Counted from the first letter of the stretch, positions 1-10,976 are shown. The stretch is 64,000 bases of DNA from Trueperaceae bacterium (GCA_965215565.1 CBDCDZ010000004.1:3616001-3680000), one strand, 5' to 3'. Notes: generated from the sequence alone by a model not told the origin. Numbers and translations are program-made.

Positions 1-425
1 AAGGGAAATTCTTGTAAAAATCTAGCGATGCCTGGTGTCCACTTCGCGGGGGCAAAAAACGGAGCTACAACAGAGTGAAGAGCTTGTCCAAATTCGCTAC
101 CTGGTGAACCTATCAGTTCAACCTCGATAGCCCCAATATCTAATTCTTCCACAAGCTCCTCTGCGGTTTGTTTACCAAGAGGAGAAAGAGACCAGCCCTT
201 ACTATTCTTCTGCTTCAGCGTGAGTTCTTCTTTAGCAAGTGCTTGAAGTTCGCGAGGAATATTTGCAGGTTGTGGGATATAAAGTGCTTCGAAGAGGCTA
301 CCAAGTTCCGATGGGCTAAACCAGCCGGAGCTTTTTCGAAGCTCGAGAACCCGTCCAATCACAAGCACCTTGTCTCTCGCTCGAGGTAGCTGCTGAATCG
401 CTAGGGCTATGTTTGTCCGGCTCAG
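1..425 (-). CDS. Hypothetical protein, partial (runs off left edge), N-terminal winged-helix-like region
   Basis: Not in ORF track. Open minus-strand frame from a CTG overlapping the upstream TGA (CTGA): LSRTNIALAIQQLPRARDKVLVIGRVLELRKSSGWFSPSELGSLFEALYIPQPANIPRELQALAKEEL...GWSLSPLGKQTAEELV...ARFLQEFP. WSLSPLG looks like a wHTH wing. The non-canonical start is uncertain. Confidence 0.6.
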   Translation of the reverse strand, partial: MSRTNIALAIQQLPRARDKVLVIGRVLELRKSSGWFSPSELGSLFEALYIPQPANIPRELQALAKEELTLKQKNSKGWSLSPLGKQTAEELVEELDIGAIEVELIGSPGSEFGQALHSVVAPFFAPAKWTPGIARFLQEFP

Positions 426-1024
426 GATTCTTCTCCCGAAGATAATCTTCTGACCAAGTCTTTAGCTTCTTCAAGAGCTGAGCGCGGAGCTTTAAGCTCT
501 CTTTTTTGTCCTGAACCCTTGAAACGAAGAGAATTTATTGATGTAATCGCTTTGGAGAAATTTGGTGCGTCAAACGGTCCTAAATTGATACACGCTTCGC
601 GGACTTCACTAATAGGTGTCCATTCCTCGAGATTAGAGTACTGGCGTGCCACAGTAACGAGTAAAGCAATCTCTTTCATTGCACCTGCTGTGGATTTATC
701 AAGTTGCCGGGGGCTGATGATTAGTTCTAAATGCTCGCCGTCAAAGTCAAATACCTCTTTAACTTGCTCCAGGGAAACTTCCAAAGAATCGGCTAGCTGA
801 GAGAGAGGTGTATCATTTCCACCCCGATTGGGTTGTGATTTGGAGGTAGAGAAAGCATTATTCTGTGTATCGTTGGTTGAGCTTATGCTTGCTCCTTGAT
901 AAAGAATGTCTATAGTTTTTGTAAAGGCGACATCCCGCAAATCTTTCGGGATTTTCTCCTCTTCAATTAGCTCTCCAACCAGCGTAGAAGCTTCGATTAG
1001 CAGCTCCTTAATATTAGTATTCAT
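422..1024 (-). CDS. Hypothetical protein (200 aa)
   Basis: ATG-started ORF with upstream GAAGGGA, low GC, no recognised family. Confidence 0.7.
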   Translation of the reverse strand: MNTNIKELLIEASTLVGELIEEEKIPKDLRDVAFTKTIDILYQGASISSTNDTQNNAFSTSKSQPNRGGNDTPLSQLADSLEVSLEQVKEVFDFDGEHLELIISPRQLDKSTAGAMKEIALLVTVARQYSNLEEWTPISEVREACINLGPFDAPNFSKAITSINSLRFKGSGQKRELKAPRSALEEAKDLVRRLSSGEES

Positions 1025-1415
1025 ATTTTTTGCTATCCCTTCGTAAATTAGAGTAGGCTTATTTCTTGCTTCCAGATAGGATTTTTAGGTTTTTAGAAGA
1101 TAAGAAGAGCGTAGTTACTAAAATTTATTATAATTTTTCATGCGCAATCTATTTCATCAGATTCTTTTCACTTCAAGCAATTTCAAGGAAAATACTTAGT
1201 TAAAGTTGAATAGAGGCGCAAAAGTCCTTGCATTTGACCATCTAATCTCAAATTCTCCGATATTTAAGTTGAAATCCTTCTGAGCTTGTTTACCTCCTAC
1301 ACACAATCGCTAAGAGCAAACCTAAATAATCCCTCAGAAGATATTAGCACTTCTACACATATTAATCAATACGCAGCTTGGCTCGTCAATCTTTACTAAT
1401 CTAAAATCGATACGA

Positions 1416-3095
1416 CTAATTAGCCCATTTTGGAAAAACGAGCTTGCTAGCTTGGACGTGTTTATCAGCAGGGTAGGCTACCAATTTTAATCTTCTCAGA
1501 TTTGCCAACGCTCGGCTAAACGCACTCGAGTCCTCCGAACGGTCAACGCGCTTCGCAAGTCCTCTGCGGCTTAGGGAGGAGGGATGCACTTCGATAAGCT
1601 CTTCTAAGAGCTGGCGTTCGTATGAGCGCAAGTAGGAGAACCAGCGTTCGTGCAAGTCTGCTAACGTTGCTGGTTTGCTAGGCGCGGGTATGCTGGCTCG
1701 TCCTTGCTCAGTGAGCGCGACTTGTCCCCCTGAAGGATAGACAACGAAACCGTCGCTATGCAGAGATGCGATGTGTCGACTGAACGCGCTCGATTTTGGG
1801 CTTTGCTCAGAGAGCACCGCGAGTGTAGAGCGGTCAAGGCTAGGAACATCTAAAAGTTCCATCTCTGCGAGAACATGCAAGATACGGCGTCGAGGATCGT
1901 CCGAGACTTGCTTAGCTACTGCTGAATTAGTTGGAACTGAAGCTATCCCTATTTGGTGTTTGCTCTGATGATCCGAAGTAGGCAAGCCTCGAGCAACTTC
2001 ACTGTCAGCTCTACCCAAGCGAGAGTCTTGTGAGATGTGAGCTGGTACAAGCTGCGCCGATTCCACGATAACGTTGTCTGCAAGTATTCGAATCTGCTCT
2101 AAAGTACTCTCTATATTCGTGGGGAGAGGTTTGACGGCTCTCTCCATCTCACGCTTCTCCGCCTTTTGTAGAGCGCGAGACTGGGCAGGGGCTCGAACTT
2201 TCTCATTGACCTCTTCCTCGGACGGCGCATCCTGATAACCGAGTCGGAGGTGCTCCAAAAGGTCGCCTAACTTTCTACTTGCGGGCGGTGTTGGGGGGGT
2301 AAGTTGCCCCGGCGCAGGGTGCGTACTTTTAGTGGCAACCGAACGAACTTTGACAACCTCTTGACTGAGCGCAGGACCGAAGGCGAAAAATTCTCCTGGC
2401 TCGAGGGTTTTCAGCTGCCGCCTTTCCTGCATGTTAAAACCAAGCTCCTCCGAAGCGCGTTTCATATCGTTGCCTAAAGTGGTGAGTCCGATAAGGCGAT
2501 TTGAACACATAGCGAGAAGGTTTTTGTTTAAGAGAGCTAGACGCTGAGTCGCCACAACAAGCCCGAAACCTCGTTTGCGACCACGCATCGCTAAGTCAGT
2601 CAGAGTATCAAGGGATGCACTGCCCGTATTAACTTGAGGCGCTAATGTCTGTGCCTCGTCAACGATAACGAGAACGTATCGCCAAGCATCTCGAGAAAGG
2701 CTCATGAGCCCGCGAATCACAGCCGCGCAGATGAAATCGCGCTCTTCGCCTCCAAATTCGCTCAAATCCAGTATGATACTGACGCCTTCAGCGATAAGGA
2801 GACGTGCGGTATTCTCTGCATTTTCTGGCGCGATATCTAAATCTCCGTCTCGCGCCTCGAGAATAATGTAATCATCGAAGACTTCGCGAAGTGTACGGAA
2901 CTCCCCTTCGGGGTCGATGATCAGGTGCTGTACATGTCCGTGAGTGCCCTCAATGAGCGTCCTAAGCAACCAAGACTTACCACTACCAGAGTTGCCTTGT
3001 ATTGCCAATCTGTGTGCTAAAAGACCCTCAAGATTTGCGACAACACCTTTCTTATCATTTGGGTCAAACGATAAAGTAGGTGTAGTGCCTTTCAT
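1416..3095 (-). CDS. HerA/FtsK-family (DUF87-like) ATPase with two C-terminal winged-helix-like repeats
   Basis: Walker A GNSGSGKS, IIDPEGEF, Walker B VIVDEAQ, RGRKRG, ATQR. Duplicated C-terminal motif SSAFSRHIASL / SSAFSRALANL. Confidence 0.8.
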   Translation of the reverse strand: MKGTTPTLSFDPNDKKGVVANLEGLLAHRLAIQGNSGSGKSWLLRTLIEGTHGHVQHLIIDPEGEFRTLREVFDDYIILEARDGDLDIAPENAENTARLLIAEGVSIILDLSEFGGEERDFICAAVIRGLMSLSRDAWRYVLVIVDEAQTLAPQVNTGSASLDTLTDLAMRGRKRGFGLVVATQRLALLNKNLLAMCSNRLIGLTTLGNDMKRASEELGFNMQERRQLKTLEPGEFFAFGPALSQEVVKVRSVATKSTHPAPGQLTPPTPPASRKLGDLLEHLRLGYQDAPSEEEVNEKVRAPAQSRALQKAEKREMERAVKPLPTNIESTLEQIRILADNVIVESAQLVPAHISQDSRLGRADSEVARGLPTSDHQSKHQIGIASVPTNSAVAKQVSDDPRRRILHVLAEMELLDVPSLDRSTLAVLSEQSPKSSAFSRHIASLHSDGFVVYPSGGQVALTEQGRASIPAPSKPATLADLHERWFSYLRSYERQLLEELIEVHPSSLSRRGLAKRVDRSEDSSAFSRALANLRRLKLVAYPADKHVQASKLVFPKWAN

Positions 3096-3194
3096 GTGCT
3101 CACCTCAACTTATACAAGTCTAGCACGATATTTGGGCGATTTACAGTTCATGCATAACTCCAAACATCGTTTCTTTCAGAGAAACTATCCACAG

Positions 3195-3229
3195 AAAAAG
3201 ACCCCCACTCGAGCCTCGAGCAGGGGTCT
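3195..3229 (-). terminator. Intrinsic terminator after rpsA
   Basis: Minus strand AGACCCCTGCTCGAGGCTCGAGTGGGGGTC followed by TTTTT, ~25 nt after the rpsA stop. Confidence 0.7.
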
Positions 3230-3253
3230 CAATATTAAACTAGTTACTAGAGC

Positions 3254-5692
3254 TTACGCCTCAGAAGTCTCCTTCTCAGCTTCTTCTGTTTGCTCTCGCT
3301 CCTCTTGCTGCGCCGGACGCCTCCCCTGACGGAACGCAGCGGTCAGCATCGCAGCGGCTTCGGCAGCGTCAATAGCGTTCTCAGGGTCCTCTTCAGTCTC
3401 TTCAGAAGAGGTCTGCTCGGCTTGAGGTTGAGCGTCGGCTTGTTGCGCGGGTTCAGCTTGCGCTTCGGTCTCTTGCGTATCGGCTTGCGCGGGAACTTGC
3501 TCTTCAAGCTCCTGCTCATTTACCTCGGCAACCTCTTCGACCTCAGCGGTCAAGGGCTCGGCGCTCGGCTGCGTGTCGGGCGCGGAGGTCTGCTCTTGCG
3601 CCTGCGGACCTTCTTCGCTCTTCTGCTCTTCAGAGCCGCCCGTGTCGCCTAAGCCGAACTGCGCGAAGAGGTCGGCGTAGACGTCGCCCAACTTGGTGGT
3701 AGTCTTCGCGCCTGAATCAGAAGCGGCGTAGGAGTAATCGTAGTCGATACCCTGGCTGCGACGTCCACCCCGGCGACCTTTGCGTCCGCCACGGTTCGAA
3801 GGTGCGCCTGAGGGAGCGCCCATGCCCATGTCGTCGCCAGCAGAGAAGGGCAGGAGGCGTTTACGCGACAAGCTGGCGCGTTGCTCGATGGGATCGATGT
3901 TGAGGATCACAGCGGTAACTTCATCACCACGGCTGAAGTGCTGCGAGACGTCGTCGATGTGCTCGTGCGCCAGCTCGCTGATGTGGACCAAGCCCTCAAT
4001 GCCCTCTTCTATTTCCATAAAGACGCCGAACTCGGTCATACCCGTGATAGGTCCGGTGATTTCGGTACCGGGCGGGAAGCGGTCGGGCAGGCTGCTCCAG
4101 GGATCGGGTTGTGTCTGGCGCAAACCTAGTGAGATGCGCTGCTGCGCGACGTCTATTTTGAGGATCATCGCCTCGACGTCTTGACCCTCTTCTAAGACCT
4201 CTTTCGGGTGGCGGATGCGCTTCGTCCAGCTCATCTCGGAGACGTGGATGAGTCCTTCTAGACCCGACTCGATCTCGACGAACGCGCCGAAAGGCGTGAG
4301 GTTCGTGACTTTGCCCTCGATCCTTTGACCGATGCTGAAGTTCGCCAGCACGTTCTCCCAGGGGTCAGCGCGTAAGGACTTCATGGACAAGTTGATGCGC
4401 TCGCGTTCCAAGTCCATGTCTAAAACTTCGACGCGGACCTTCTGACCGACTTCTAAGACCTCTTTGGGGTGATTGAAGCGTCCGTAGGAGATTTCACTGC
4501 GGTGGACTAAACCGTCGATGCCGCCCAAGTTGACAAACGCGCCGAAGTCGGTGATTTCGACAACTTCGCCCTCGAGCTTCGCGCCCGGCTCCAACTTGCG
4601 AAGCGTCTCCTCTTTTTGCCCCGCGACCTCTTCTTCGATGATGCTGCGACGCGAGATAATGACGCGGTTGCGCTTGCGGTTCAGCTCGATGATGCGCACC
4701 TTGAGGCGCTTGCCGACGAAGGGCGCTAAATCGTTGACGCGGCGCACGTCCACCTGGCTTGCAGGCAAGAACGCACGCACGCCCAAGTTCGCGACTAAGC
4801 CGCCGCGCACCTTCTCGACGATTTCAACCTCGACGGGCATTCCTTTATCGTAAATGTCCTGCAAGAGGTTCCAAGCGCGTTCTTGATCGGCGCGTTTTTT
4901 GGACAAGATAATGGTGTTGTTCGGAATGTCCACGCGGATGGCGTAAACTTGCAGTTCGTCGCCGGCTTTGAAATACTTGGCAGCTTCTTCGGCGTTCGCT
5001 TCGAACTCGAAAAGCTGGTTGTAGGGAACCAGACCCTCGATCTTCGCACCGACGTCCACGACGAGACCATCTTGCGACAACATGATGACGGTGCCGTTGG
5101 TCAGCGTGCCTCTATGGATGGGTTTGCGAGCGAGCTGCTCATCGCTCGCTGCCATGACCTCTTCCATCGTCATGTTGTTGCCACTATCATCTATGGTGTC
5201 GTCTATACCGTCGTCTGCGCCGGTATTCTCAGCGGTATCCGTGGTCTCACCGGCAGTGCTGTCGGTTGCGCTCAAGACTTGTTCAGCAGCGCCTTCTACG
5301 CCTGCCGAGGTCTCCGAGGTGGCGGCGCTTCCCTCTCCGTCTGAATGCGGCGCAACGTCGCTTGTAATGCGGACGCTCCCGGTGCCAGGGTCCGCTTCGG
5401 TTTGCGCTGTATCTTGCTGCGCCGCGTCCTGCTGCGCTGTGTCTTGTTGTGCCGTATCTTGCACACCTGTATCTTGTACGGAGGCTTCGTCAAGTCCGGT
5501 TACGGCTTCAGCGGTCTCGTCGAGCGCACTTTCAGAGCGTTCGCTTTGAGTATCGGTTTGAGCCACTGCCTCGCTTGCACCCTGCTCAGCATCCGCAGAT
5601 GGGGTCTGTTCAGAACGGTCGCTCGTGGCTTGAGAGGTGGTGGAGACGCCTTCTAGGGTGCTGTCTCCAGCCTGGTTTAATTTATCGTCCAT
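3254..5692 (-). CDS. rpsA: 30S ribosomal protein S1 with long acidic N- and C-terminal extensions
   Basis: Repeated S1 domains ([78 protein letters not shown]). AGGAGG upstream. Confidence 0.95.
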   Translation of the reverse strand: MDDKLNQAGDSTLEGVSTTSQATSDRSEQTPSADAEQGASEAVAQTDTQSERSESALDETAEAVTGLDEASVQDTGVQDTAQQDTAQQDAAQQDTAQTEADPGTGSVRITSDVAPHSDGEGSAATSETSAGVEGAAEQVLSATDSTAGETTDTAENTGADDGIDDTIDDSGNNMTMEEVMAASDEQLARKPIHRGTLTNGTVIMLSQDGLVVDVGAKIEGLVPYNQLFEFEANAEEAAKYFKAGDELQVYAIRVDIPNNTIILSKKRADQERAWNLLQDIYDKGMPVEVEIVEKVRGGLVANLGVRAFLPASQVDVRRVNDLAPFVGKRLKVRIIELNRKRNRVIISRRSIIEEEVAGQKEETLRKLEPGAKLEGEVVEITDFGAFVNLGGIDGLVHRSEISYGRFNHPKEVLEVGQKVRVEVLDMDLERERINLSMKSLRADPWENVLANFSIGQRIEGKVTNLTPFGAFVEIESGLEGLIHVSEMSWTKRIRHPKEVLEEGQDVEAMILKIDVAQQRISLGLRQTQPDPWSSLPDRFPPGTEITGPITGMTEFGVFMEIEEGIEGLVHISELAHEHIDDVSQHFSRGDEVTAVILNIDPIEQRASLSRKRLLPFSAGDDMGMGAPSGAPSNRGGRKGRRGGRRSQGIDYDYSYAASDSGAKTTTKLGDVYADLFAQFGLGDTGGSEEQKSEEGPQAQEQTSAPDTQPSAEPLTAEVEEVAEVNEQELEEQVPAQADTQETEAQAEPAQQADAQPQAEQTSSEETEEDPENAIDAAEAAAMLTAAFRQGRRPAQQEEREQTEEAEKETSEA

Positions 5693-5994
5693 TATGTGGG
5701 GTTTCCTCCTTGCCTGGTAAAGAGCAACGCTTTATCTAATCTCGAGCGGGGTGAAAACGCATTGTCACAGAGTAATGAAGATGTTTTGCCCAGCCCCGGC
5801 GTCGTTGATTAGCACAGCATTGGCTCGCCCAGGTGAATACCTTTTATTATATACCCTTCATGCGCCTCTAGTAAAGGGCTCGCAGCGCGAAAGATAAAGT
5901 GTGAGGTTCATGCGTCGGTTGTAGCAGCAGGGCGAAGAGGTGCTTGGGGAGGGCTCGAGCAACCCATTCAAACCTGATTTAGCCAATATTTAGG

Positions 5995-7188
5995 TCAGCC
6001 GACGTAGCCCTGTAAGAGCGACACGCGCAGCCCGCCGTTACGAAATTCTAAGGCGGAGGTCAGAGGAAGCCTCACCCACGTCGGCTCCGGTGTGACGAGC
6101 GCGACGTGCCAGCCTCCCGCTCGGCGGAGGCGTCCGCTCAGCGCCTCGTAGAGAGCACTGACCTCTTGCGCGCCGCCCATCCGCTTGCCGTAAGGTGGAT
6201 TGGTGACGAGCAGCGCGCGCTCACCCTCCGCCCTAAATGCGCCGTAGTCAAGCCTGCGCGCGTCCGCTTGGAAGAGGTGAATATCGTCCGCTACGCCTGC
6301 GCGTTCGGCGTTCACCCGCGCCGCCGCCAGCACGTTTTCGTCAATGTCGCAGCCGACGAGTTTGGTGGGGCTCTCGGGGAGAGAGGCGCTCTGCGCTTCT
6401 GACTTGAGCCGCGCCCATTTGCTCTCCTGGAAACTCGGGAGATGTTCGAACGCAAAGTGGCGGTGCAAACCGGGAGCGAGCTTGCGCTTTAGCAACGCCG
6501 CTTCGATGAGAAACGTGCCCGTGCCGCACATCGGGTCTAAGATGAGGTCGTATTCCTCCGCGCGGCTCGCTTGCAGGATGCTCGCCGCCAGCGTTTCGCG
6601 CAGCGGGGCTTCGTTCACGTCTCTGCGGTAGCCGCGTCTATGCAGATGCTCGCCGCTCGTGTTGAGACTTAGGGTGCAGCGGTCTCTAAACATGCGGGCG
6701 TACAGCTCGAGCTTCGCCTCGTCCTCTAACTTGGGCTGAAGCCCTAAAGGTTCCAAAGAGGTCGAGATGGCGTCGTGAAGCGTCGTGGCAATATTCTTGT
6801 GATGCCGCAGCCGTGACCTCTTCGCGCTCACGTTGATACTCAAGGCTTCCTCAAACCCTACATAGAGTTCCCAAGCGGTGCGCCTCGTTCGGCTGAAGAG
6901 GACGGGGTAAGACTGCGCCAGAAAATCGTCTATCCGCAGGAGGACGCGGTGCGCGGTGCGCAGGCGCAAGTTGGCGTGGTACACCGCGCCCAGAGGTCCG
7001 CTGAATTCAACCCCGCCGCGCACGTTTTGAACCTCTTTAATATCGGGCAACGCCCGAACCTCTTCCTCTAAACAAGGTTCGAAGCCGGGTGCACATACCG
7101 CCAAAAAACGCTGCTCAGCTTTGAGGAAATAGCGTTTTAGGCGGCGCTCTAACGCCCGTTGACTGAGTGTAGAGGTAGACGCGGGCAC
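5995..7188 (-). CDS. THUMP-domain RNA m2G methyltransferase (RlmL/UPF0020-like)
   Basis: LHRRGYR, APLRETLAA, DPMCGTGT, TNPPYG motifs. Confidence 0.88.
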   Translation of the reverse strand: MPASTSTLSQRALERRLKRYFLKAEQRFLAVCAPGFEPCLEEEVRALPDIKEVQNVRGGVEFSGPLGAVYHANLRLRTAHRVLLRIDDFLAQSYPVLFSRTRRTAWELYVGFEEALSINVSAKRSRLRHHKNIATTLHDAISTSLEPLGLQPKLEDEAKLELYARMFRDRCTLSLNTSGEHLHRRGYRRDVNEAPLRETLAASILQASRAEEYDLILDPMCGTGTFLIEAALLKRKLAPGLHRHFAFEHLPSFQESKWARLKSEAQSASLPESPTKLVGCDIDENVLAAARVNAERAGVADDIHLFQADARRLDYGAFRAEGERALLVTNPPYGKRMGGAQEVSALYEALSGRLRRAGGWHVALVTPEPTWVRLPLTSALEFRNGGLRVSLLQGYVG

Positions 7189-7220
7189 CCCTTCACCTTA
7201 GCAGGTCGTAAAATCAAGCG

Positions 7221-7724
7221 GTGTCTGACCTCATCATTACGACGATACAGCTCGCTGATTGGACTAAAGTAAGCGAAATTTACGCGGAGGGTATCGCGAC
7301 TCGCTTAGCGACGTTTGAGACTCACGTGCCGACTTGGGAACAGTGGGATAAAACGCACCTCCCGGGTGCACGCCTGCTCGCTAAGTTAGATGAAACTATC
7401 GTCGGGTGGGCGGCGCTCAGTCCGGTCTCGGCGCGTCCGGCTTACGCGGGCGTGGCGGAAGTGAGCCTCTATATCGCTGAAGAGGCGAGAGGTTGCGGGG
7501 TGGGCAAGAGGCTACTGAGCGCGCTGATTCAGGAATCCGAACGGGCGGGATTATGGACGCTGCAAGCGGTAACGTTCAAAGAAAATATAGCGAGTATTAC
7601 GCTCCACAAAAAGTGCGGCTTTAGGGAGATAGGCGTGCGGGAGAAGATCGCGCGGCTTGACGGGGTGTGGCGGGATACGGTCTTGCTCGAGCGGCGTAGC
7701 CGAGAGGTTGGGACTCAAGGTTAG
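7221..7724 (+). CDS. GNAT N-acetyltransferase (phosphinothricin/MddA-like)
   Basis: ATFET, AEVSLY, RGCGVG, ENIASITLHKKCGF, WRDTVLLERR. Confidence 0.88.
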   Translation: MSDLIITTIQLADWTKVSEIYAEGIATRLATFETHVPTWEQWDKTHLPGARLLAKLDETIVGWAALSPVSARPAYAGVAEVSLYIAEEARGCGVGKRLLSALIQESERAGLWTLQAVTFKENIASITLHKKCGFREIGVREKIARLDGVWRDTVLLERRSREVGTQG

Positions 7725-7757
7725 CTTGAAGTGCTCGAGGTTTCTTCGCAAGACGCT

Positions 7758-8444
7758 TTATCCGTAGGCTGCATTACTACACATAAACTTAGGGCGGTAG
7801 GGTATCCGAATAGGAGGGTCACGCATCAAAATGCACCCCGTTATGGGCAGAGGTGGTGGCGCAAACCAACCTCCTACCTCTTCGTAGGTTGCAGGTCTCT
7901 CTCTAAATAGCTGTTTAGCGCTATATCGTACTGACTCGCGGCCCGATCCGTAGTTGAGCCTAGTGTCTTCAAGCTGCTCCTCTGTACCAACAACAAAGGT
8001 TTCTATTAAATAGTCTGCATTTCTATATCCTATGCTAGGTGACCAGATCATTGAATCATCACGGCGTGGGATGAAAAGTCTAAGAGGTGTACGAACGCCT
8101 TCATCATCGAGATAGTAGTATGAACCGCCTTCTGGTACTGGTATACGGCCAGACTGAAGTAATGAGGACGTTTGTAGGCGACCGTTCATCGGTATGAAGA
8201 AGTGGCGTAGATTGTCCTTGACTGGCAGCGGCGGTGCGCCCTGAATACCATACTCAATGACGACCTCGCCCACATAACCTTGCGGTATGAGGTATATCTC
8301 TGGTATGCCCGGCTCCCGGGTCAAGGTTCGTTCGTACGTCTCTTCACCTGGAAAGGTCAGCGCCCAGAAAAACAATCCTACGCTTAGAAAAAAGGATGCC
8401 CCAAAAAGGATTGCTATAAAGGCGCGCTGCGGCTCTCTTACCAT
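7758..8444 (-). CDS. Membrane-anchored hypothetical protein (DUF6843-like)
   Basis: N-terminal TM helix followed by YLIPQGYVGEVVIEYG. Confidence 0.6.
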   Translation of the reverse strand: MVREPQRAFIAILFGASFFLSVGLFFWALTFPGEETYERTLTREPGIPEIYLIPQGYVGEVVIEYGIQGAPPLPVKDNLRHFFIPMNGRLQTSSLLQSGRIPVPEGGSYYYLDDEGVRTPLRLFIPRRDDSMIWSPSIGYRNADYLIETFVVGTEEQLEDTRLNYGSGRESVRYSAKQLFRERPATYEEVGGWFAPPPLPITGCILMRDPPIRIPYRPKFMCSNAAYG

Positions 8445-8463
8445 TCTTCAAATATGGCACATA

Positions 8464-8639
8464 TAGCAAGTATCATTTGGTTTGAAACGCTCTCACGATG
8501 TAGAACACCGTTTCGCTTTGCGAAAACTTCGTAAGCAGCACGCACATTTGAGAATGAAATCCCGCTCTCAGGCGAAGCCTAGCGGGATGGCTACGGCTGA
8601 GACTTGCGCTATTCCAATCAGTACTTATGTTAATTGCTA
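8464..8639 (-). mobile_element. MITE-like repeat family A, copy 1 (110-bp core plus 43-bp and 23-bp inserts)
   Basis: Reverse complement aligns with copies at 22569, 43042, 43299, 43608 and 43869 (TAGCA...aatgtgcgtgct...caaaccaaatgatacttgcTA). Confidence 0.8.
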
Positions 8640-8742
8640 TGCTGGATTTAGCCGCGTAGCTAAGCTATCTGACCCCTTGGTCATTCTCAGATGCCCTCCT
8701 CATTGACATCGGTTTAAGTCTTGTGGCGATTCCAAAACTGCG

Positions 8743-9357
8743 TCACTGCTCCGTCAACGCAAGCCGAATCCCGAGCCCCGCAAACGCCGCCGCAAAGGAG
8801 CGTCTGAGCCAGAGGATGACTTGAGGTGAATTCACAACGTACTTGCGAACGCTGCTCGCTAAGATGCCATACAGAACGAAGATGATTAACGTAAGCGCCA
8901 TAAAGATAGTGCTCAGCATAACCATATCGGTAATCGGAGAAGAGGTGGCAGGCGAAATAAAAAGTGGCAAAAACGCGAAGAAGAAAACCGTCAGCTTAGG
9001 GTTCAAGAGGTTGAGTAACACAGCTTTGCCTGCGACACGCGGGGCGCTAGCTTGAGGTGACGCCGCGCCGAAGCTCAAGCCACCCGTATCACGCCACATC
9101 ACCCGGGCGAGGTGGAGCAGGTAGAGAGCGCCTGCGAATTTGATGCTCTGGAACACTACCGCGCTCATATGAAGGATAAAGGAGAGCCCTAAAATGCTCG
9201 CCAAGAGGTGTGGGAGGATGCCTGCGGCGCAGCCTATAGCGGCGGCGAGGCTTAGACGCCAGCCGTGAAAGAGCCCGGCAGAAACGGTGTAAATCACGCC
9301 CGTACCGGGGACGAGAACCACGATGAGCGAGGTCAGCAAAAACTCGGCGCTAAACAT
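8743..9357 (-). CDS. LysE/RhtB-family exporter
   Basis: LVPGTG, GALYL, LNLLNPKLTVFFFAFLP. Start moved to MFSAEF, which overlaps the upstream stop. Confidence 0.88.
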   Translation of the reverse strand: MFSAEFLLTSLIVVLVPGTGVIYTVSAGLFHGWRLSLAAAIGCAAGILPHLLASILGLSFILHMSAVVFQSIKFAGALYLLHLARVMWRDTGGLSFGAASPQASAPRVAGKAVLLNLLNPKLTVFFFAFLPLFISPATSSPITDMVMLSTIFMALTLIIFVLYGILASSVRKYVVNSPQVILWLRRSFAAAFAGLGIRLALTEQ

Positions 9358-10039
9358 CTGCTCCCGCCGTATAAACTTCGAGTTTTTCGACCTTAGCGCC
9401 CGGTGCGAAGAGCAGGACGTTCTCGCGGACAGCCCCAAGTTGCCTCATCACCTCTTCTTGGGGTACACCCGCAGGCGCGTAAGCCACGTAAAGCGCCCGC
9501 CGCGTCTGCACAGAGATAGGCGTGCGCCTATCTTGCCCGTAGAGAATTGTGCAGATGATCCCTTCGGCGTCGGACATCGTCGTGTCGCCAAATTTCAGAG
9601 ACTTTCGCGAACCGTTCATCTGCGTGAAACTTTCGCTGCCCTGCGCCGCGTCGATGCTGAGAGGTGGTCTGAGCAAAGCCGCGTCGTGCCCAGCCGTTAA
9701 GATGAACGTCTCGAGTTCAGCGGCGAAGTTGGCGTCTACGAGTGGGCTCACAGTGGGTAGCGGTTTACCTTCCACGACGGACTCGAGCTGCCCCTGCACG
9801 TGATAGGTGTTGCCGAACCTCTTGTAGAAGTCGCGGTACGCTCTGAGAGCCGCGAGTTCAAGAAAGTTATCCCTAGAAAATCCTGCGAACTTCTTCCTAA
9901 GCTTCGCTTCAACCTCTCGCTTTCGTGCGTCTAAAGGCGTGCTGCGCTTCGTGTTATCTACACTGCCAATAAGCAGCGCGCCGACGTGTCCACCAGGAAA
10001 GGTTTCGTGCCAGCGCTCAGTCGTTTCGATGTGTAGCAC
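9350..10039 (-). CDS. B3/B4 domain protein (PheRS editing-domain-like)
   Basis: AYRDFYKRFG, LPTVSPLVD, AGHD motifs. Confidence 0.8.
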   Translation of the reverse strand: MLHIETTERWHETFPGGHVGALLIGSVDNTKRSTPLDARKREVEAKLRKKFAGFSRDNFLELAALRAYRDFYKRFGNTYHVQGQLESVVEGKPLPTVSPLVDANFAAELETFILTAGHDAALLRPPLSIDAAQGSESFTQMNGSRKSLKFGDTTMSDAEGIICTILYGQDRRTPISVQTRRALYVAYAPAGVPQEEVMRQLGAVRENVLLFAPGAKVEKLEVYTAGADV

Positions 10040-10106
10040 TTTCAGGCTCCTTTGTGACTCGCAGCAAGAGCGTCGTCCTGCAAATCATCTGTAGAGCCTA
10101 TATCGT

Positions 10107-10976
10107 CTAGTCCAGGGTGTCTTGTACGCTATGACGGTGCTGGATTGCCTTGACTGAGGTGCGATATTGCCCCGGCGTAAAGCCCCAGAGCCGCCCCATC
10201 CAGCGCGTAAGGTGGCTCTGATCGGTGAAGCCGGTCTCGAGCGCGACCTCGGCGACAGGCTGACCCGCCGCTAAGCGCTCCTTTGCACGCTCGACGCGCA
10301 CCTGCCGCAAGTAAGCGTGCGGGGGTACGCCCACTGTTTCGCGGAAACTCTGCACGAGGTAGCCGCGGCTGAGTCCGGTGAGGTGCACCAAATCGTCCAG
10401 CGAGACGGGTTCAGCGTAGTGGTTCTCGAGGTGACGTTTCACCTGCGTCACCGCCTGTGTTTCTCGTCTCGGCTTAAATGTAGGCAACGGTTCGTCGGCG
10501 TAGCGCCCGATAAGCTGAGTCAGCACGCTCAGGAGGAGGCTGTCCTGCTCGAGCCTAGACGCTGTACCCTGCTCCAAACGAATATGCAGAGCGCGAAAGA
10601 GTGTCGTCAGCGCGTCGTCGGCAATCACGCCTGACTGGAAAAAGGGAAGGCTGCGCGGTCTGTCCGCCATCTCGGAGGTGAGCGTCTCGAGAAACGAGGT
10701 CTCGAAGTAAAACATCCGGTACGCCCAGCCCATGTCCGCGGCAGGTTGACCCGTGTGCGCTTCGCCGGGGATACACAAGCTGATGTCGCCGGACGCAGCC
10801 ACGACGTTCTCGCCGCGGTAGTGAAACCCTAGTGCGCCCGCCTCGATCACGCCGATAGCGTAGCGCTCATGGGTGTGACGCGGGAAAGATTGGGTTTGGT
10901 GCGCCGCGCGGAGCAGCTCTAAGTCGCCTAAGCTAGGCACGCGCCACACCTTTGTTTTGGCAAAACTCGACTTCAT
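10107..10976 (-). CDS. AraC-family transcriptional regulator
   Basis: FPRHTHERY cupin domain and C-terminal VALETGFTDQSHLTR...TPGQY. Confidence 0.92.
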   Translation of the reverse strand: MKSSFAKTKVWRVPSLGDLELLRAAHQTQSFPRHTHERYAIGVIEAGALGFHYRGENVVAASGDISLCIPGEAHTGQPAADMGWAYRMFYFETSFLETLTSEMADRPRSLPFFQSGVIADDALTTLFRALHIRLEQGTASRLEQDSLLLSVLTQLIGRYADEPLPTFKPRRETQAVTQVKRHLENHYAEPVSLDDLVHLTGLSRGYLVQSFRETVGVPPHAYLRQVRVERAKERLAAGQPVAEVALETGFTDQSHLTRWMGRLWGFTPGQYRTSVKAIQHRHSVQDTLD

